From Leucoraja ocellata (lineage: Eukaryota), in the NCBI GenBank assembly GCA_036785375.1, contig JAWMAR010000226.1:1860001-1924000 (forward strand): a stretch of DNA of 64,000 bases, read 5' to 3'. The position numbers were made by a program, and so were the translations under genes. Below, one piece after another: positions 51,561 to 64,000 of the stretch. The notes under the pieces were generated by a model. That model searched no databases and was not told the DNA's origin. It saw only the letters and a list, made by a program, of their open reading frames with translations. Within the stretch, counting starts at the first letter, position 1; every line of letters begins with the position of its first letter.

Positions 51561-52891
51561 AGACAAGTACACATAGTCAGGGTCGAACTCGAGTCTCTGG
51601 CGCTGTCAGGTAGCAACTCTACCACAGTGCCACCATGACGCCCAGTTACTACCTACAATTGTTGTATTTGGGACTTACTTGGTGTAGAACAAAAAGTGCC
51701 CTAGAGGACGAGTGGAACCTGCATGTTGAGTTACCTCCAACTGTGATTGCCTATGATCAAAGTAAAGAACCCAACTATAGCCCAATTATTACCCACAACC
51801 CAGAGTGACCGGAGTAAATCAATGCCAAAATTGTAGTGTTACAAGCACATTTAATGAAGGACATCACCAGGTGCAGGACACAAGTGATCATGACCTCAAG
51901 CAAGAAGCTGCAACAAATCGTAGTAAACCTGACAGTGCAGGAGGCTCTTGTTGCCTTTAATTGCTTTGTTCTTTAATCCTCTTATTTACAAGCGGCTCAT
52001 CCTACTCTGGTGTTTCAAGTTAAATCTAAAAATTACCTATATTTAATTTCTGGACATAAAAAAAATAGTTAACAGACATTCTATTTATTCCTCTTGATGC
52101 ATAACCACACGAAGGCCTTCTGCATCAGAGCACAGAGCACTTACCTGCATCTCCCTATTGCTCCCAAATCAAAACATATGCACCAGTTACTATTCCCACG
52201 TATCTAACCAATACACGCAAACAAAGGCATAATTTACAGAAATGCTATGTAATATGACTGTCTGAAACATGCATTTCACTGCTTAAAAAGTTTGTATTTG
52301 TTGGCTAACATAACAATAAAGAGCTCAAGTGTACAGATATTCAAGTTCAAGTTCGGGAGCTTATTGTCATGTGTCCCTGATTGGGATAGGGCAATGAAAT
52401 TCTTGCTTTGAAATGATTCAATAGGAAGAGGTCTGCTTCCCAATCTGTCTTTTTTAGTAAGCATTATCCACAGTAAGAACTCGGTGCTGTGGAGTCTTTT
52501 GCGAGATGATAAACAACATCAGAAAACCCAGGTCAATTAGGAAAATAAAGTCTGAAGGTTCTTTTCTGATCATTTACGCTATTGAAATTCCTTTAAAGAT
52601 TACGTCAACTGTGATCTATAGCATATAGATCACTTGTTCAAAGTAATATGAAATATTATAAAATCTAGTATGAAATATGCTGTTGCAATGTGTCAATTCC
52701 TATGTCCTTTATTCAAGCATGTTAATTCAACTTGCAAAGGGAGGTTAATCACTTTAAAATCACAAACAGAACTTCATACGAAAACATACATAGGAAGGAA
52801 GTGCAGGTGCTCATTTAAACCGAAGATAGACATAAAAAGCTGGAGTAAATCAGTAGGTCAGACAGCATCTGTGCAGAGAAGTAATAGATGA

Positions 52892-54026
52892 AGCACAAGG
52901 CATTGGGGGTTCAGTATTGATGTGGATAGAGAACTGGCTGGCAAACAGGAAGCAAAGAGTAGGAGTAAATGGGTCCTTTTCACAATGGCAGGCAGTGACT
53001 AGTGGGGTACCCCAAGGCTCAGTACTGGGACCCCAGCTATTTACAATATATATTAATGATCTGGATGAGGGAATTGAAGGCAATATCTCCAAGTTTGCGG
53101 ATGACACTAAGCTGGGGGGCAGTGTTAGCTGTGAGGAGGATGCTAGGAGACTGCAGGGTGACTTGGATAGGCTGGGTGAGTGGGCAAATGTTTGGCAGAT
53201 GCAGTATAATGTGGATAAATGTGAGGTTATCCATTTTGGTGGCAAAAACAGGAAAGCAGACTATTATCTAAATGGTGGCCGATTGGGAAAGGGGGAGATG
53301 CAGCGAGACCTGGGTGTCATGGTACACCAGTCATTGAAGGTAGGCATGCAGGTGCAGCAGGCAGTAAAGAAAGCGAATGGTATGTTAGCTTTCATTGCTA
53401 AACGATGTTGAGTATAGGAGCAGAGAGGTTCTACTGCAGTTGTACAGTTGGTGAGACCACACCTGGAGTATTGCGTACAGTTTTGGTCTCCAAATCTGAG
53501 GAAGGACATTATTGCCATAGAGGGAGTGCAGAGACGGTTCACCAGACTGATTCCTGGGATGTCAGGACTGTCTTATGAAGAAAGACTGGATAGACTTGGT
53601 TTATACTCTCTAGAATTTAGAAGATTGAGAGGGGATCTTATAGAAACTTACAAAATTCTTAAGGGGTTGGACAGGCTAGATGCAGGAAGATTGTTCCCGA
53701 TGTTAGGGAAGTCCAGGACAAGGGGTCACAGCTTAAGGATAAAGGGGAAATCCTTTAAAACCGAGATGAGAAGAACTTTTTTCACACAGAGAGTGGTGAA
53801 TCTCTGGAACTCTCTGCCACAGAGGGTAGTTGAGGCCAGTTCATTGGCTATATTTAAGAGGGAGTTAGATGTGGCCCTTGTGGCTAAGGGGATCAGGGGG
53901 TATGGAGAGAAGGCAGGTACGGGATACTGAGTTGGATGATCAGCCATGATCATATTGAATGGCGATGCAGGCTCGAAGGGCCGAATGGCCTACTCCTGCA
54001 CCTAATTTCTATGTTTCTATGTTTCT
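52892..54026 (+). mobile_element. Young CR1/HER1-like LINE (RT to 3' end) inserted in a Penelope hairpin
   Basis: ORFs 52917-53411 and 53448-53930, (TTCTATGT)n tail, ATGA on both sides. Confidence 0.9.
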
Positions 54027-55510
54027 ATGATGTTTCAGGGGTCAAGACCCTTCCTCAGAACTATTCCTTTATTCCGGAGATGCTGTCTGACCCGCTGAGT
54101 TACTCCAGTTTTTTGTGTCTATCCATACGAAAACTGGCTGATTAATGAATGCAGCATGAATTCAGCCTCATAATATTGCCCTGATTTTCAATGTGCTTCA
54201 TTTATATGGTGAATGGCTACCCCCAAGGAAAGCGGTAGAATGTTATCTAACTGGCAGTCATGTAGATGGGTATGCCCATAATTAGCCTCAGAGTGACTAA
54301 AGGCCTGGTGCTGGGAGTAGTTAAATATTGCAACATTAACTAAATCATTTTTGTGTCCAGGGGAATATTCTTTGTATCTTTTCTGGCTGTAAAACATTTT
54401 CACATTGGTCTCTTAGCGAGTGTCATCATAATACGATATACATATGTTAAGGGATTCTACAGCAGACTGTATGTAGCTGGCTTCCCTTGATTCTTGATCA
54501 GATTAAATTCACTGAGTAAAATATAAAACTGAAAACATGGTTGTGCTTTTGAGAAATTGAACTCTTGAGCAATTATGCAATCATGCAAAACAAACTTCAA
54601 ATGTGTACTTTGAATGAATTATTATGTTGGAGGTTTAAATGTAAACCCATAAAATGTTCTCAAAAATTGATGGAACTGAAAGAGATTTTCTGTCGACTCC
54701 CAGATAATGCAAGTCTGAATAGTTTAGTCTGAAGAATGGCACTGTAATTCTTTAGCTACATACATCCATGCTGTTCATCAGCTAATTCCCATAATTTTCG
54801 ATGCAGCAGTAGTTTTTCTTCCGTCAGGATTGCCACTGTGATAATATAAATAATTTAGACAATCTTGGGCTGAGGCCTGGCTGCAAAATGGATAGGAACA
54901 CCACTGTTCACATTACAATATATTACAGCTGCAGAATATGATGCCAAATTTCATCCTCCAATAATTAACTCATTTTTCCTTTTCCATAAACACATTTTGC
55001 AGTTGGAGTATTTTCTCAGTGTTTTATTTTTGATTTTAATTTTAATTCATTAAAACACGGCTGAGTTTACATTTCAATTAATTGTAACATTTCAATATCA
55101 ATACTGGATTGTGGAAGTTAATAATGATTTAAACTCACAAAATGGATTCCGCTGAAACTAAGACAAGCTTTAACCTTCTTCTATTGATTTCCAAAGCCAG
55201 CAAAACACATTAACCTTTGCTTTCAGTACATTAACAAAGCTAGCAGACTGTTGATGTTCCCTTTCCAAAAACATAAGCGAGATAACAAGCACAGCTTCAT
55301 GAATGTATCCTTCACAATGTAAACATTGAGAGAGAATTCAGACTATAAGATTATGATTATGATTAAGATTATGATGTGCTTCATAAGTAGAAAAATGCTA
55401 GTTCTGCAAAAATATAACCTTCTCATATAACCATATAAGGCTAACCCTTCCTCTGTCAGAAGAACCTGTCAATCTTAAGAAGCTGTCAATCTTAAGGATC
55501 TGTCAATCTT

Positions 55511-56294
55511 TTTTTTTTATTTTTTTTTTTTTATTAGAAGTACAGTAAATTACAATGATACACATCAGATATATCTTATTACATTTGTTGTACCACTTCA
55601 TTTTTCGAGCTTTAAAAAAGATAGAAATAAAAGAAGTAAGGAAAGTGAGCAAGAATCATGAAGGTGCAGGAAAGTGTTGGGAAAAGAAAGCCCCTTAGGG
55701 AAGAAGTTAGAGAAGGAAGTAAAGAAAGGAAATAAGACTCTAGAAAGAAAAGAAAAAAAAGGAAAAACAATCGCTCTATTGTAACACAAAACTCCGCAAA
55801 AAAGGATATACCAACCGTGTTTTTTTTAAATTTATTTTATACCCCCTGTTACCAGATCCTGGTACCATTTATATTTTAAATTACTATTGCACCTTATGCT
55901 TGTAATATAAAAATCCAAAACTTCTGGAACGAAATATTTGAAATCTTCACAAAATTATTTAAAATAGAACTTGTACCAAAAGCAGAAAGGATCATTTTTG
56001 GAATATCGGAAGGTAACCCCGAATTAAACGTGTTTCAAAAGAACTTACTTAGTTACAGGCTAATAATGGGAAAAAAGCTTATACTCAAATTTTGGAAAAA
56101 TGCTCCAATACCAACAATAAAAATGCAAACATGTTCGAACCTTAACATGTTTGCATCATCCTTTAAATGCAAACATGTTCGAAACATGATTTCAAACATG
56201 TTCGAAACACTACACTTGGAAGAGATGAGACTCCTCCTAGCAGGCAAAGCAGACCACTTTCAAAAGACATGGTCTGCATTTATGGAACTATTAC
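55511..56294 (-). mobile_element. L1-type insertion with 5' inversion
   Basis: 17-bp TSD AAGGATCTGTCAATCTT (55494-55510, 56295-56311), poly-T plus 3' UTR on minus, ORF2 C-terminus (KKLILKFWK..FQKTW) on plus. Confidence 0.85.
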
Positions 56295-56928
56295 AAGGAT
56301 CTGTCAATCTTAAGAAGCAAGAGGCTGTACTATGATCTATAGATGAGGTATTGCGGAATCGTTTATATATGTAATTAGATCACTGCCTCTTTGTGTGGGG
56401 ATGAGAACTCTGTATAGTCTGTAATCCGCATACTGTTAAGAGTTTTACCACACCCGCCTGGCAAAATAAAGATTGTACTGCTTATACTGATTTTATTTGT
56501 GTTTCTGTCTGTTTAAGAATACTGAACCACCACAGATAAGCAACAATATTTCTCAAAATAAATACTGAGATGAGGAAGAAACTGAATGTGGCCCCCAGCA
56601 CAAACTTAATCCAGCCAGCAGCTTCGTCCCACTGAACTGCAACTGCCTGAGGTAGAACATCCCTACTCAGTACTATGCTGTCATATTTAACCACAAGATG
56701 AACTTTGGGACATGTATCTGCAGCATTGCTATGACTACCTAACTTCACAAAAGATAAAACCACCTGACTCCATTTCTTGCTTCAGTTTATCGGCTGTTGA
56801 AACTCTTGTCCATATACAGTATGTGGAACTATACTGTGACACTTCCAGCCAAACTCCATCATTATAACTTGCGTAACTTGCAGATAACTAATGCGGCACG
56901 GTGGCGCAGCGGTAGTGTTGCTGCCTAA

Positions 56929-57699
56929 AGGGCCTGTCCCGCTGCGGAGACCTAATTGGCGAGCTTAGAAGAGTTTGCTCTCAACTCATACTCGCAGCAT
57001 GGTCAACACGAGGTCCTAGGAGGTCTTTGTAACTCTCCTTCATGCTTGAGAGTAGTCCCCGCGTACTCGAAGCCTCATCTAGGTTGCGGCGTATTTTTCA
57101 ACATGCTGAAAAATGCCCGCGAGTAAAAAAAGGTTGCCATGGAAAAAAATCTTTTTTTTTTACTCGTAGGTTTAGTCGAGGTAGGTCATAGTAGGTTGGC
57201 ATGTTATACATAGGTAATAGAAGGCAATCAAAGGCAATCAAAGGTAATCGAGGGTAGTCGAAGGTAAAGCTCGTTGAGAAAAAAAGGTAAGGAAACCGAC
57301 CGGTAATGTTAAATGCCCGCTAAACTTTATCAAAAGTTGTCTGGCTTCTTAAAAGTGTCTCCACTCCTTCTTCCCCCCATCTCCCCCCCTTCTCTCCCCT
57401 TCTCACCCCTTCTCTCCCCTTCTCTCCCCCTCTCTCCCCGTCTCCCCCCCCCCCTTCTCCGCGCTCTCTAAATTACTTACCGTAACTGCGCTAGCTGTCT
57501 TTTACCTTCCTGTTCATCGCGGCTGTGAATTTCAGACAGCGCTCCCCCGCTTTCCCTGGCCCCGGCCTTTGCAATGTGTTTGTGTTTGTGTGTGTGTGTG
57601 CGCAGACGGTCGATCCGGCTCGTGATTTTTCAGGCAAGTGCCCTCGAGCTTGAAGGTCAAAGACCGTCACTGAACAGTCGCATTAGTGGGACAGGGCCT
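56929..57699. mobile_element. PIF/Harbinger MITE inserted in a HE1 SINE head
   Basis: TIRs AGGGCCTGTCCC / GGGACAGGGCCT, 3-bp TAA/TTA TSD; SINE GCTGCC..TTACAGCGC is restored on removal. Confidence 0.85.
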
Positions 57700-57764
57700 T
57701 TACAGCGCTTGCAGCGCCAGAGACCCGGAAATGGTTAAGGTTATTTCTGTAATAATTTGTCTCA

Positions 57765-57940
57765 CACTTTCACAACTCTGAGTGAAAAAGTTTTTCCTCA
57801 TCTCAGTCCTACCCCTTATTCTTAAACTGTGACCACTGGTTCTGGACTCCCCCAACATCGGGAACATTTTTCATGCATCTAGCCTGTCCAAACCCTTAAG
57901 AATTTTATATGTTTCTATAAGATCTCCTCTCACCCTACTA
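57765..57940 (-). mobile_element. CR1 3' fragment
   Basis: Matches the reverse complement of the CR1 ORF2 end seen elsewhere in the window. Confidence 0.75.
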
Positions 57941-58434
57941 AAGGATGAGACTGCACCTGAGGTCAGGAAATTCAACCTGGGTGACTTGTGTTGCAGTGCT
58001 GCTTATTGTATCCTGTAAGTTCTCACATACCAGACTGTTTAACACTTTGACAGTTTTCTAATGGATAGATCCTGGACATGTTCATGGTTGTAATGCAAAA
58101 GCAACTTCCATTCGAAGACCGATTCTAAATAAGTAAAGTGGTTACCATTACGTCTCTATCAATGAGGCATGTTACACATACAAGGTGACAGCCTTGATGG
58201 ATAGCTCAGAGAGCCAGCTGTCAATGCAAAAGGCTGAAGGAGGAGCTAAAGGTTACATTGATTAAATCTGTCCATCTCTTGCTGCCAGAGGCTGTCTTCG
58301 CCAGTTCTTCGGACGAGAAGAGTCAAGGTGAAACATGGTCTAATTTCTCAAGAATAGTGTCAGTTGTTTTGAATAGTGTCAGTCCTTCTTATTTTCTATG
58401 TCACAAAGAGAGATATAATATTGAATGAATCTTA

Positions 58435-58557
58435 CTGAAGGTTGTACTCTTGTTTATTCCTAAACCACAGGAAAAGAAATAGTCAATTTAATGGTTAACA
58501 ATAAATTGACTTTTTCTTTTCCCGTGGTTTAAGAATAAACAAGAGTACAATCTCCAG
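58435..58557. repeat. About 120-bp near-perfect palindrome
   Basis: Arms TTGTACTCTTGTTTATTCCTAAACCACAGGAAAAGAAATAGTCAATTTA and reverse complement around central GTTAAC. Confidence 0.9.
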
Positions 58558-61500
58558 GGCACCATTCAAAAATGGATAGACATGCACATATAGATAAACA
58601 TACTGTATACTGCACTACACGTACATTTAGTTTCGAGAGTAAAACAAATGAATAAAAATATTGTGATGATTAACAATCAAAGCTCTAATGTTTGTTCAGG
58701 ATAAGCAGTTTGTCATGTGAATGCAGCTCTGTCCTCAAAATGGCTGAGCCTCTCGAAAATCAGTGACTATTGAAAGATTATATCATACCCAAATCTAGCA
58801 AAAGGCCAGGGTTTCCACAGGAAATTATTCTCTTTGATAGTGTTTTATTTCACAGTGAAAATGGAACTGATGGTAAATGTACTGCGGGCAAAACTTCACT
58901 CTTTAAATTTCATTTTTCAGCCATAGGAATAGAGTGTAGGGCACTATGTTAAGGCAAGGTGACAGGGTTAGTACAATCGGAATGTTTAAAATACAGATAT
59001 TCTCAATTGATTGATCTCTACACCAAAAGAACATTAAACATTAATATAATTTTCCATTTCATATTACATATTTCAAACTAATAGGTTGTCATTACCAATA
59101 TCATTGGAATAATGGAATGTCAGAATGCAATTCATTTGATACCAGTTATTGAGAATTATTTAAGAATTTTTGATATGTTCCTATAACCCATACGTACTAG
59201 AGGAATTTAAGATTGGTAGCCTAACCATATTTTAATAAAACACTTTGTCACAGAAACTTTTGCCAAAAGGTCAGTCGGGCCACCTGCTGCTTGTAGCTGC
59301 TTCCTGCTATCAATATGAACCTGCTGCGTACCTTGTCCTTCCACATGCCCTAATTAGGATAATCCGCACACTAGGTTGCTTCCTGATTCCTGGCTTCACG
59401 GGTCATAATGGTAATGATCAGCGGAATCTACTGGGAGTTCTTCCAGCAAGAGCAAATATATAATTCATCACATCTCTAGTCACTGCAATGCATGTCAGCA
59501 TATTTAGAGACCTCGATGAATGTCAATAAGTATTTTGTACCTTTAATTAATTTTCGTTGTAGATAATATGGTCTTCCTTTTTTTCCTCTTCTGGCAGATT
59601 TCCTAAAGGGCGAAACATGTGATTTAATCTACTAAGTCAGCTTACCATGTGCAATGTTTGATTCATTGTTAATTGTAGAACAAATGCACCCGGTAATTAA
59701 TAGCCATCTATGCTAAAGCATTGATTAAATTAAATTAATCATAGTTCTTTTTTATTTTCATATCCTGTTTTAATTAATGCTGAACTTCTCAAGAGCATGT
59801 GCATCGATTTGTAAACTCACAGGAGTTTACAGTCTGCAATTATAATGCTTGAGAAATTGCATCTGTTGGTGGTAGCAATGGTGATATTTCCTTATAATTT
59901 TGATGCATTGGAAAAAGATTACTTGATTATTTTCCAATATTCTCCATCATTTTTCTAAAGGTGCTAACTTAAGGTAGGAATCATGTAATTCCCAGATGGG
60001 AAACTTAACTTGTACAACCTGACACCGATGAGCTACAGTACATGATGTTGATTTGTAGATCACCTCATGGTCAAAACTGACCCTGGCCTTAACTGATGTC
60101 ACCACTCAAGAAAATTACAATAACCTTTGCTGAATCTAACCCCAAATCAAGAACAAAGCACTGTTCCTGGTTAGATCAGCAGGTTGAAATGGAAAATGCA
60201 ACTTTTCAAGTTGAACTTCCCAAGTCAAGGCTCATTACCGTTTATGCATTGGGACTTTGTTGATGTTGAAGTGGATGGTTGATGAAGAAATTAAGTGGCT
60301 GGAAGTTCATCTTTGGTTACCAGTGCAAAAATATGTACAGCAGCATCAGTGTTTGTTGTACTCACCCTTGTATAAGAGCAAAATATTATTTTTCTGCCCA
60401 ACTGAATGTCTTATTGTAAATACCTTATTTGAAACCCAGAACTAAGTAGCTATTTTCATAAACGGAATTATGAGCCCATTGTGGTAACCCAGAAATATGA
60501 TAACATATATGTACTGGTACATCTTTGAGATTCATTATTACAGAAATAACCTTAACCATTTCCATTTTAGCCACAATGTTCACAAAATCTTTAATTCTCT
60601 TCTGAAAAATCTCAAAGGAAAGATGTGGAAAAGCACTGGTAGACTGTATAATATAGCGGTGGAGATGGGGAATAATGTTGATATATAGAAAGCTATAGTT
60701 TAACAAAAAGGTGAGCAGCTGTTGCTGTGTAAATAGTTTCTAATCTATATTCATCAGTGGTCAGGGTCTGGGCGGTAATGAAATCACACATCCTGTGATG
60801 AAAGCATTGTTTACATTGAGAAACTCCTGGTAATTGCAGTATCCCCAGTGACAGCTCATATCTAAATTTATCATTTGGTTGACAATCAACAAATAAGTAT
60901 TCTCCAGGTTAGGAGTCAGAATAGGTTGAGTCAATTTGGGATTGAAATGGTTCCCGGTCTGCCAACACTGAAAGTTTAAATCAAATCAGATGAAAACACA
61001 AGAGACTGCAGGTGGTGGAAACTGAGCAAAAACACAGTCCTGGAGGACCCAAACACATCAACTTGCGTCTGAGGAGGCCAAACATGGTCAATGTTTTGGG
61101 TCAAGGCCCTGCAGCAGGATCGTCCACTGAATGACCTGCTGCGTTCCCCTAGCAGTTTTTTTTTTCCCCCACTTAAACTCATGTTTGCTAACAGGAAACA
61201 TCAATTATTTTCAATTTAGTTTTTTGCCTGTGTTTGTTCTTTCCAGAGTTCTTTAGTTATAAAAAAAATGGAGTGATGCGTCCAATGCTGAAAGGCTTCA
61301 ACCTGGGTAAACTTTCTCCACAGATTAGATTCACCCGTAATATATGCACATGTTGCTGACCTTCTACAGAGGATTAACTATAAGAAGGAGGAGGAGGAAA
61401 GAAAGCAAGATATTCTTCCGGAAGAAGGAGGACAAGGAAGGCAGGAAAGACCACTTGTTGACGTCATATCTATTTAGTTTTTGGTCAAGGGAAATGTTTT

Positions 61501-62449
61501 TGCTTGTCCAAGTTGACAACAGTGCTGAACAATGTCATGGACAATTTCCGCGTGGCGTCTCCCTTTAAGAGATACAGTCTTCATTTAAATGGTGGAGGAT
61601 TGCTTTAAATAATTTGAGCACTTCATAGCTCTGCGCCCCATGAGTTCAGCTGCTCAGCAGTGTGTATGGCTGCTGCACACTGCAATCATGTTAATTATCG
61701 GGTAGTAGAAAGTTGGGATGCTGCCTGCAGTGGAAACAACTGGTGCCGATCAATCCCACATGGCTATCTTGCAGAGCTATTGTATTTAGCTCCCAGCAAG
61801 TTTACTAATGGTACTGCGGCATTGACATTAAGGCCAGAACGGGAGAAAAGAGCAAAAAGTTAAAATTAAAAACATGTAAAGATAATGGCACTCTCGGAAA
61901 TTCAGTTAAAAGATATATCACAGTAGTTAAGCAATGACAAATATTAAAATAAATAGTACTACTTTCATAATATACACTTACAATTAGTAAAATATAATAA
62001 GAATGGGGCAGAGTTCAGACTAACTAAGAAGCCTGTCCGTATGATATTTGAGAAAGATATAAAAAGTTATTGTGGTAATAAAATGGAAAATCTTAGAGCT
62101 ACAGTACTTAACTGGCAAAGAACAGACTGAGCTACGTTATCTGTCCAACATCTGCAGATGAATGAGGGATTTTGAAAGTCAACAAGTGTTGGCCAATGAA
62201 CTGATTAAGAAGAAAATGATGCATATGAGAGCAAACTACAACAAACCATAAAATAATTTTTGGAGCTTTAATGTAAACAGATGAGTTCTTCAATAGTCAA
62301 CATAGATCCCTTAAAAGGAAGGGCTGAAAAAGTATAATGGTCAATAGAAATTGAACAAATAGAAAATGCTGGAAATACTCAAAAAGATTGGCTGCATCTG
62401 TGGGAAGAGAAACAGAATTCAAATTTCAGACTGATGCCAAGTCCTTAGT

Positions 62450-62800
62450 TGATGTAGACAACTTTCCATTTCTTGGGCACCAACTTTCAGCCTTTTGGGG
62501 AGATTTCAGCGATGAAACTCACAAACAACTCGGTATGCGAGTTCAAACTTTGGCCAGCTGAGGAAAACAGTGTTCAAAGATATAATACCTTCTAACTAGC
62601 ACAAAATTCTTGATCTTTTGAACAACTGTTTTCCCATGTGCTTTAAGGGTCACAAGCAACCAAAATCGAGAGAGATATTGTCAACACCGTCTCTGCAAAA
62701 TCCTATGAATTAAAGGGGCAAAACTGACCCTTTGTCAGTATTCTAACCTGGGCCAACAGCCCCAACATCAAGACTCCATTAAGCTCGGTCAACCTCTGTG
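62450..62800 (+). mobile_element. Old RTE-clade LINE fragment
   Basis: Degenerate VDNFPFLG, TFGQLRKTVF, RYCQHRLCKIL motifs. Confidence 0.5.
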
Positions 62801-62820
62801 TGTCTGCTGCAACTTCATGG

Positions 62821-63804
62821 ATAGAAAATGACAAAGTGTTGGGCCGTGGTGAAGAGTAGATTATCCAATTACACACCTCCACATTGTACCTTTGCCATCT
62901 TCTTCCTCACTCTCTTTGTGAGTTCCTCACAGCCCACTCCCCCTTGGCTTCCTGCCTCCAGCAAGCATGGATATATGAAGAAGGGTTTCGGCCCGAAACG
63001 TTGCCTATTTCCTTCACTCCACAGATGCTGCTGCACCCACTGAGTTTCTCCAGCTTTTTTGTGTACCTTGGATATATGACTCGCTGTTCCGTCATCCAAG
63101 TTGATCATCATTGTGATACTCCTCTTGGCTCTACTCTGCCAACCTGAAAAATGTTTATTTATTCAATTTCCCTGTTTTCTCTGGAAGCAAGCAGTCTATT
63201 CTGTGCTCTGTCATGACAAGTCATTTCCAGAAGGAACGGTCATTCTCAAAGCCTCTGAAACAAAATAGTAATATCTTCACCAGATCATGGGAATTCTCGC
63301 CTCACGTCAGGTCTAACTGATGTAGAAACATATGGAAAGGCTTTCCTTGTGTTTCTCTATCTCAGGTGGAGAATGTGTTATCCAGCGTTATAAGGCAAGT
63401 GAAGTATATCACATTCTCAATATCACAACAGGCCATTAAGATCCCCATTGCTCCACTTGTGAACCAACAGAACTATAGGGGAAACATCAACCTTGACTGT
63501 GAGGGATTGCCTTGGCTGAACCTTGTTCTGAGGATTGAATAATGTAAAAAACCAGGGAAAATGAATAAAACAAACATTGTCCAGGTTGGTCAGGTGAACC
63601 AGAGAAGTACCACAAAGATGATCAACTTGGATAGTGGAAAAACGAGTCATCGGTCTATGCTAGCAGATGACAGAGAGCCGTGGCGAGAAGGAATGAGAGG
63701 AGCATGTAGAGCGAGTAAGAACGTGGCAAAGAAACTATGCAGGGAAGTGTAATTGGGTAATCCACTTCTCTCTTCACCACAGACCCCAACCCTTCATTTT
63801 CTAT
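62821..63804. repeat. Diverged ~260-bp inverted repeat pair (62821-63178 and 63548-63804)
   Basis: Shared blocks ATAGAAAATGA, GTGGTGAAGAG, CCAATTACAC, ATCCAAGTTGATCATC, CCAACCTG in opposite orientation. Confidence 0.75.
62979..63068 (+). mobile_element. Short Penelope terminal-repeat insertion
   Basis: AGAAGGGTTTCGGCCCGAAACGTT..., 11-bp TSD TGGATATATGA (62968-62978, 63069-63079). Confidence 0.8.
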
Positions 63805-64000
63805 TTGTAAGAACCGAAGCCTTCACGTCCAAAGGTGGATGAACAGCAAATCATGGAGAATAGTGTCCACAACCTTACAATTATAGCCCAAAACTCACAC
63901 ATTCAGTGGATTTTAGGGGCTAGTACAAAAGAGGGATTGGCAAGAAGATAGATACAAAATGCTGGAGTAACTCAGCGGGTCAAGTTCAGTTCAAGTTCAA

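Noticed and set aside
55466-55510. Short spaced direct repeats reminiscent of CRISPR
   Set aside because: Eukaryotic context, only 3 short units with no unique spacers; explained by local duplication and the TSD
56893-56925. tRNA-like sequence
   Set aside because: SINE head, as in the other HE1 copies, not a complete cloverleaf
61344-61568. Purine-rich, exon-like stretch after a possible CAG acceptor
   Set aside because: No recognisable protein, an early stop in the acceptor frame and no partner exons

Overview
Eukaryotic, repeat-dense 64 kb of vertebrate DNA with no recognisable host protein-coding exon, so probably a gene desert or large intron. The repeat complement (HE1/V-type SINEs, CR1/HER1-like LINEs, Rex1/Babar, L2, Tx1, L1, RTE, Penelope, Gypsy, Tc1, hAT, Harbinger) points to a cartilaginous fish, probably a skate or ray (inference). 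Nearly all meaningful ORFs are TE-derived and many elements are nested. Most notable: (1) a decayed transposase-like ORF (37249-38178) ending in a Spindlin/Spin-Ssty-like Tudor domain; (2) Penelope terminal repeats carrying hammerhead-ribozyme cores, including head-to-head hairpin insertions with TSDs; (3) an L1 with a twin-priming-type 5' inversion; (4) a one-LTR Gypsy insertion with an intact integrase and a TSD; (5) an arthropod-like hAT transposase; (6) a highly structured TA-flanked DNA element containing a tRNA-like segment; (7) isolated palindromes, an exact 98-bp duplication and candidate Pbx-Hox/Meis enhancers. All family assignments are from motif recognition by eye; no searches were run.
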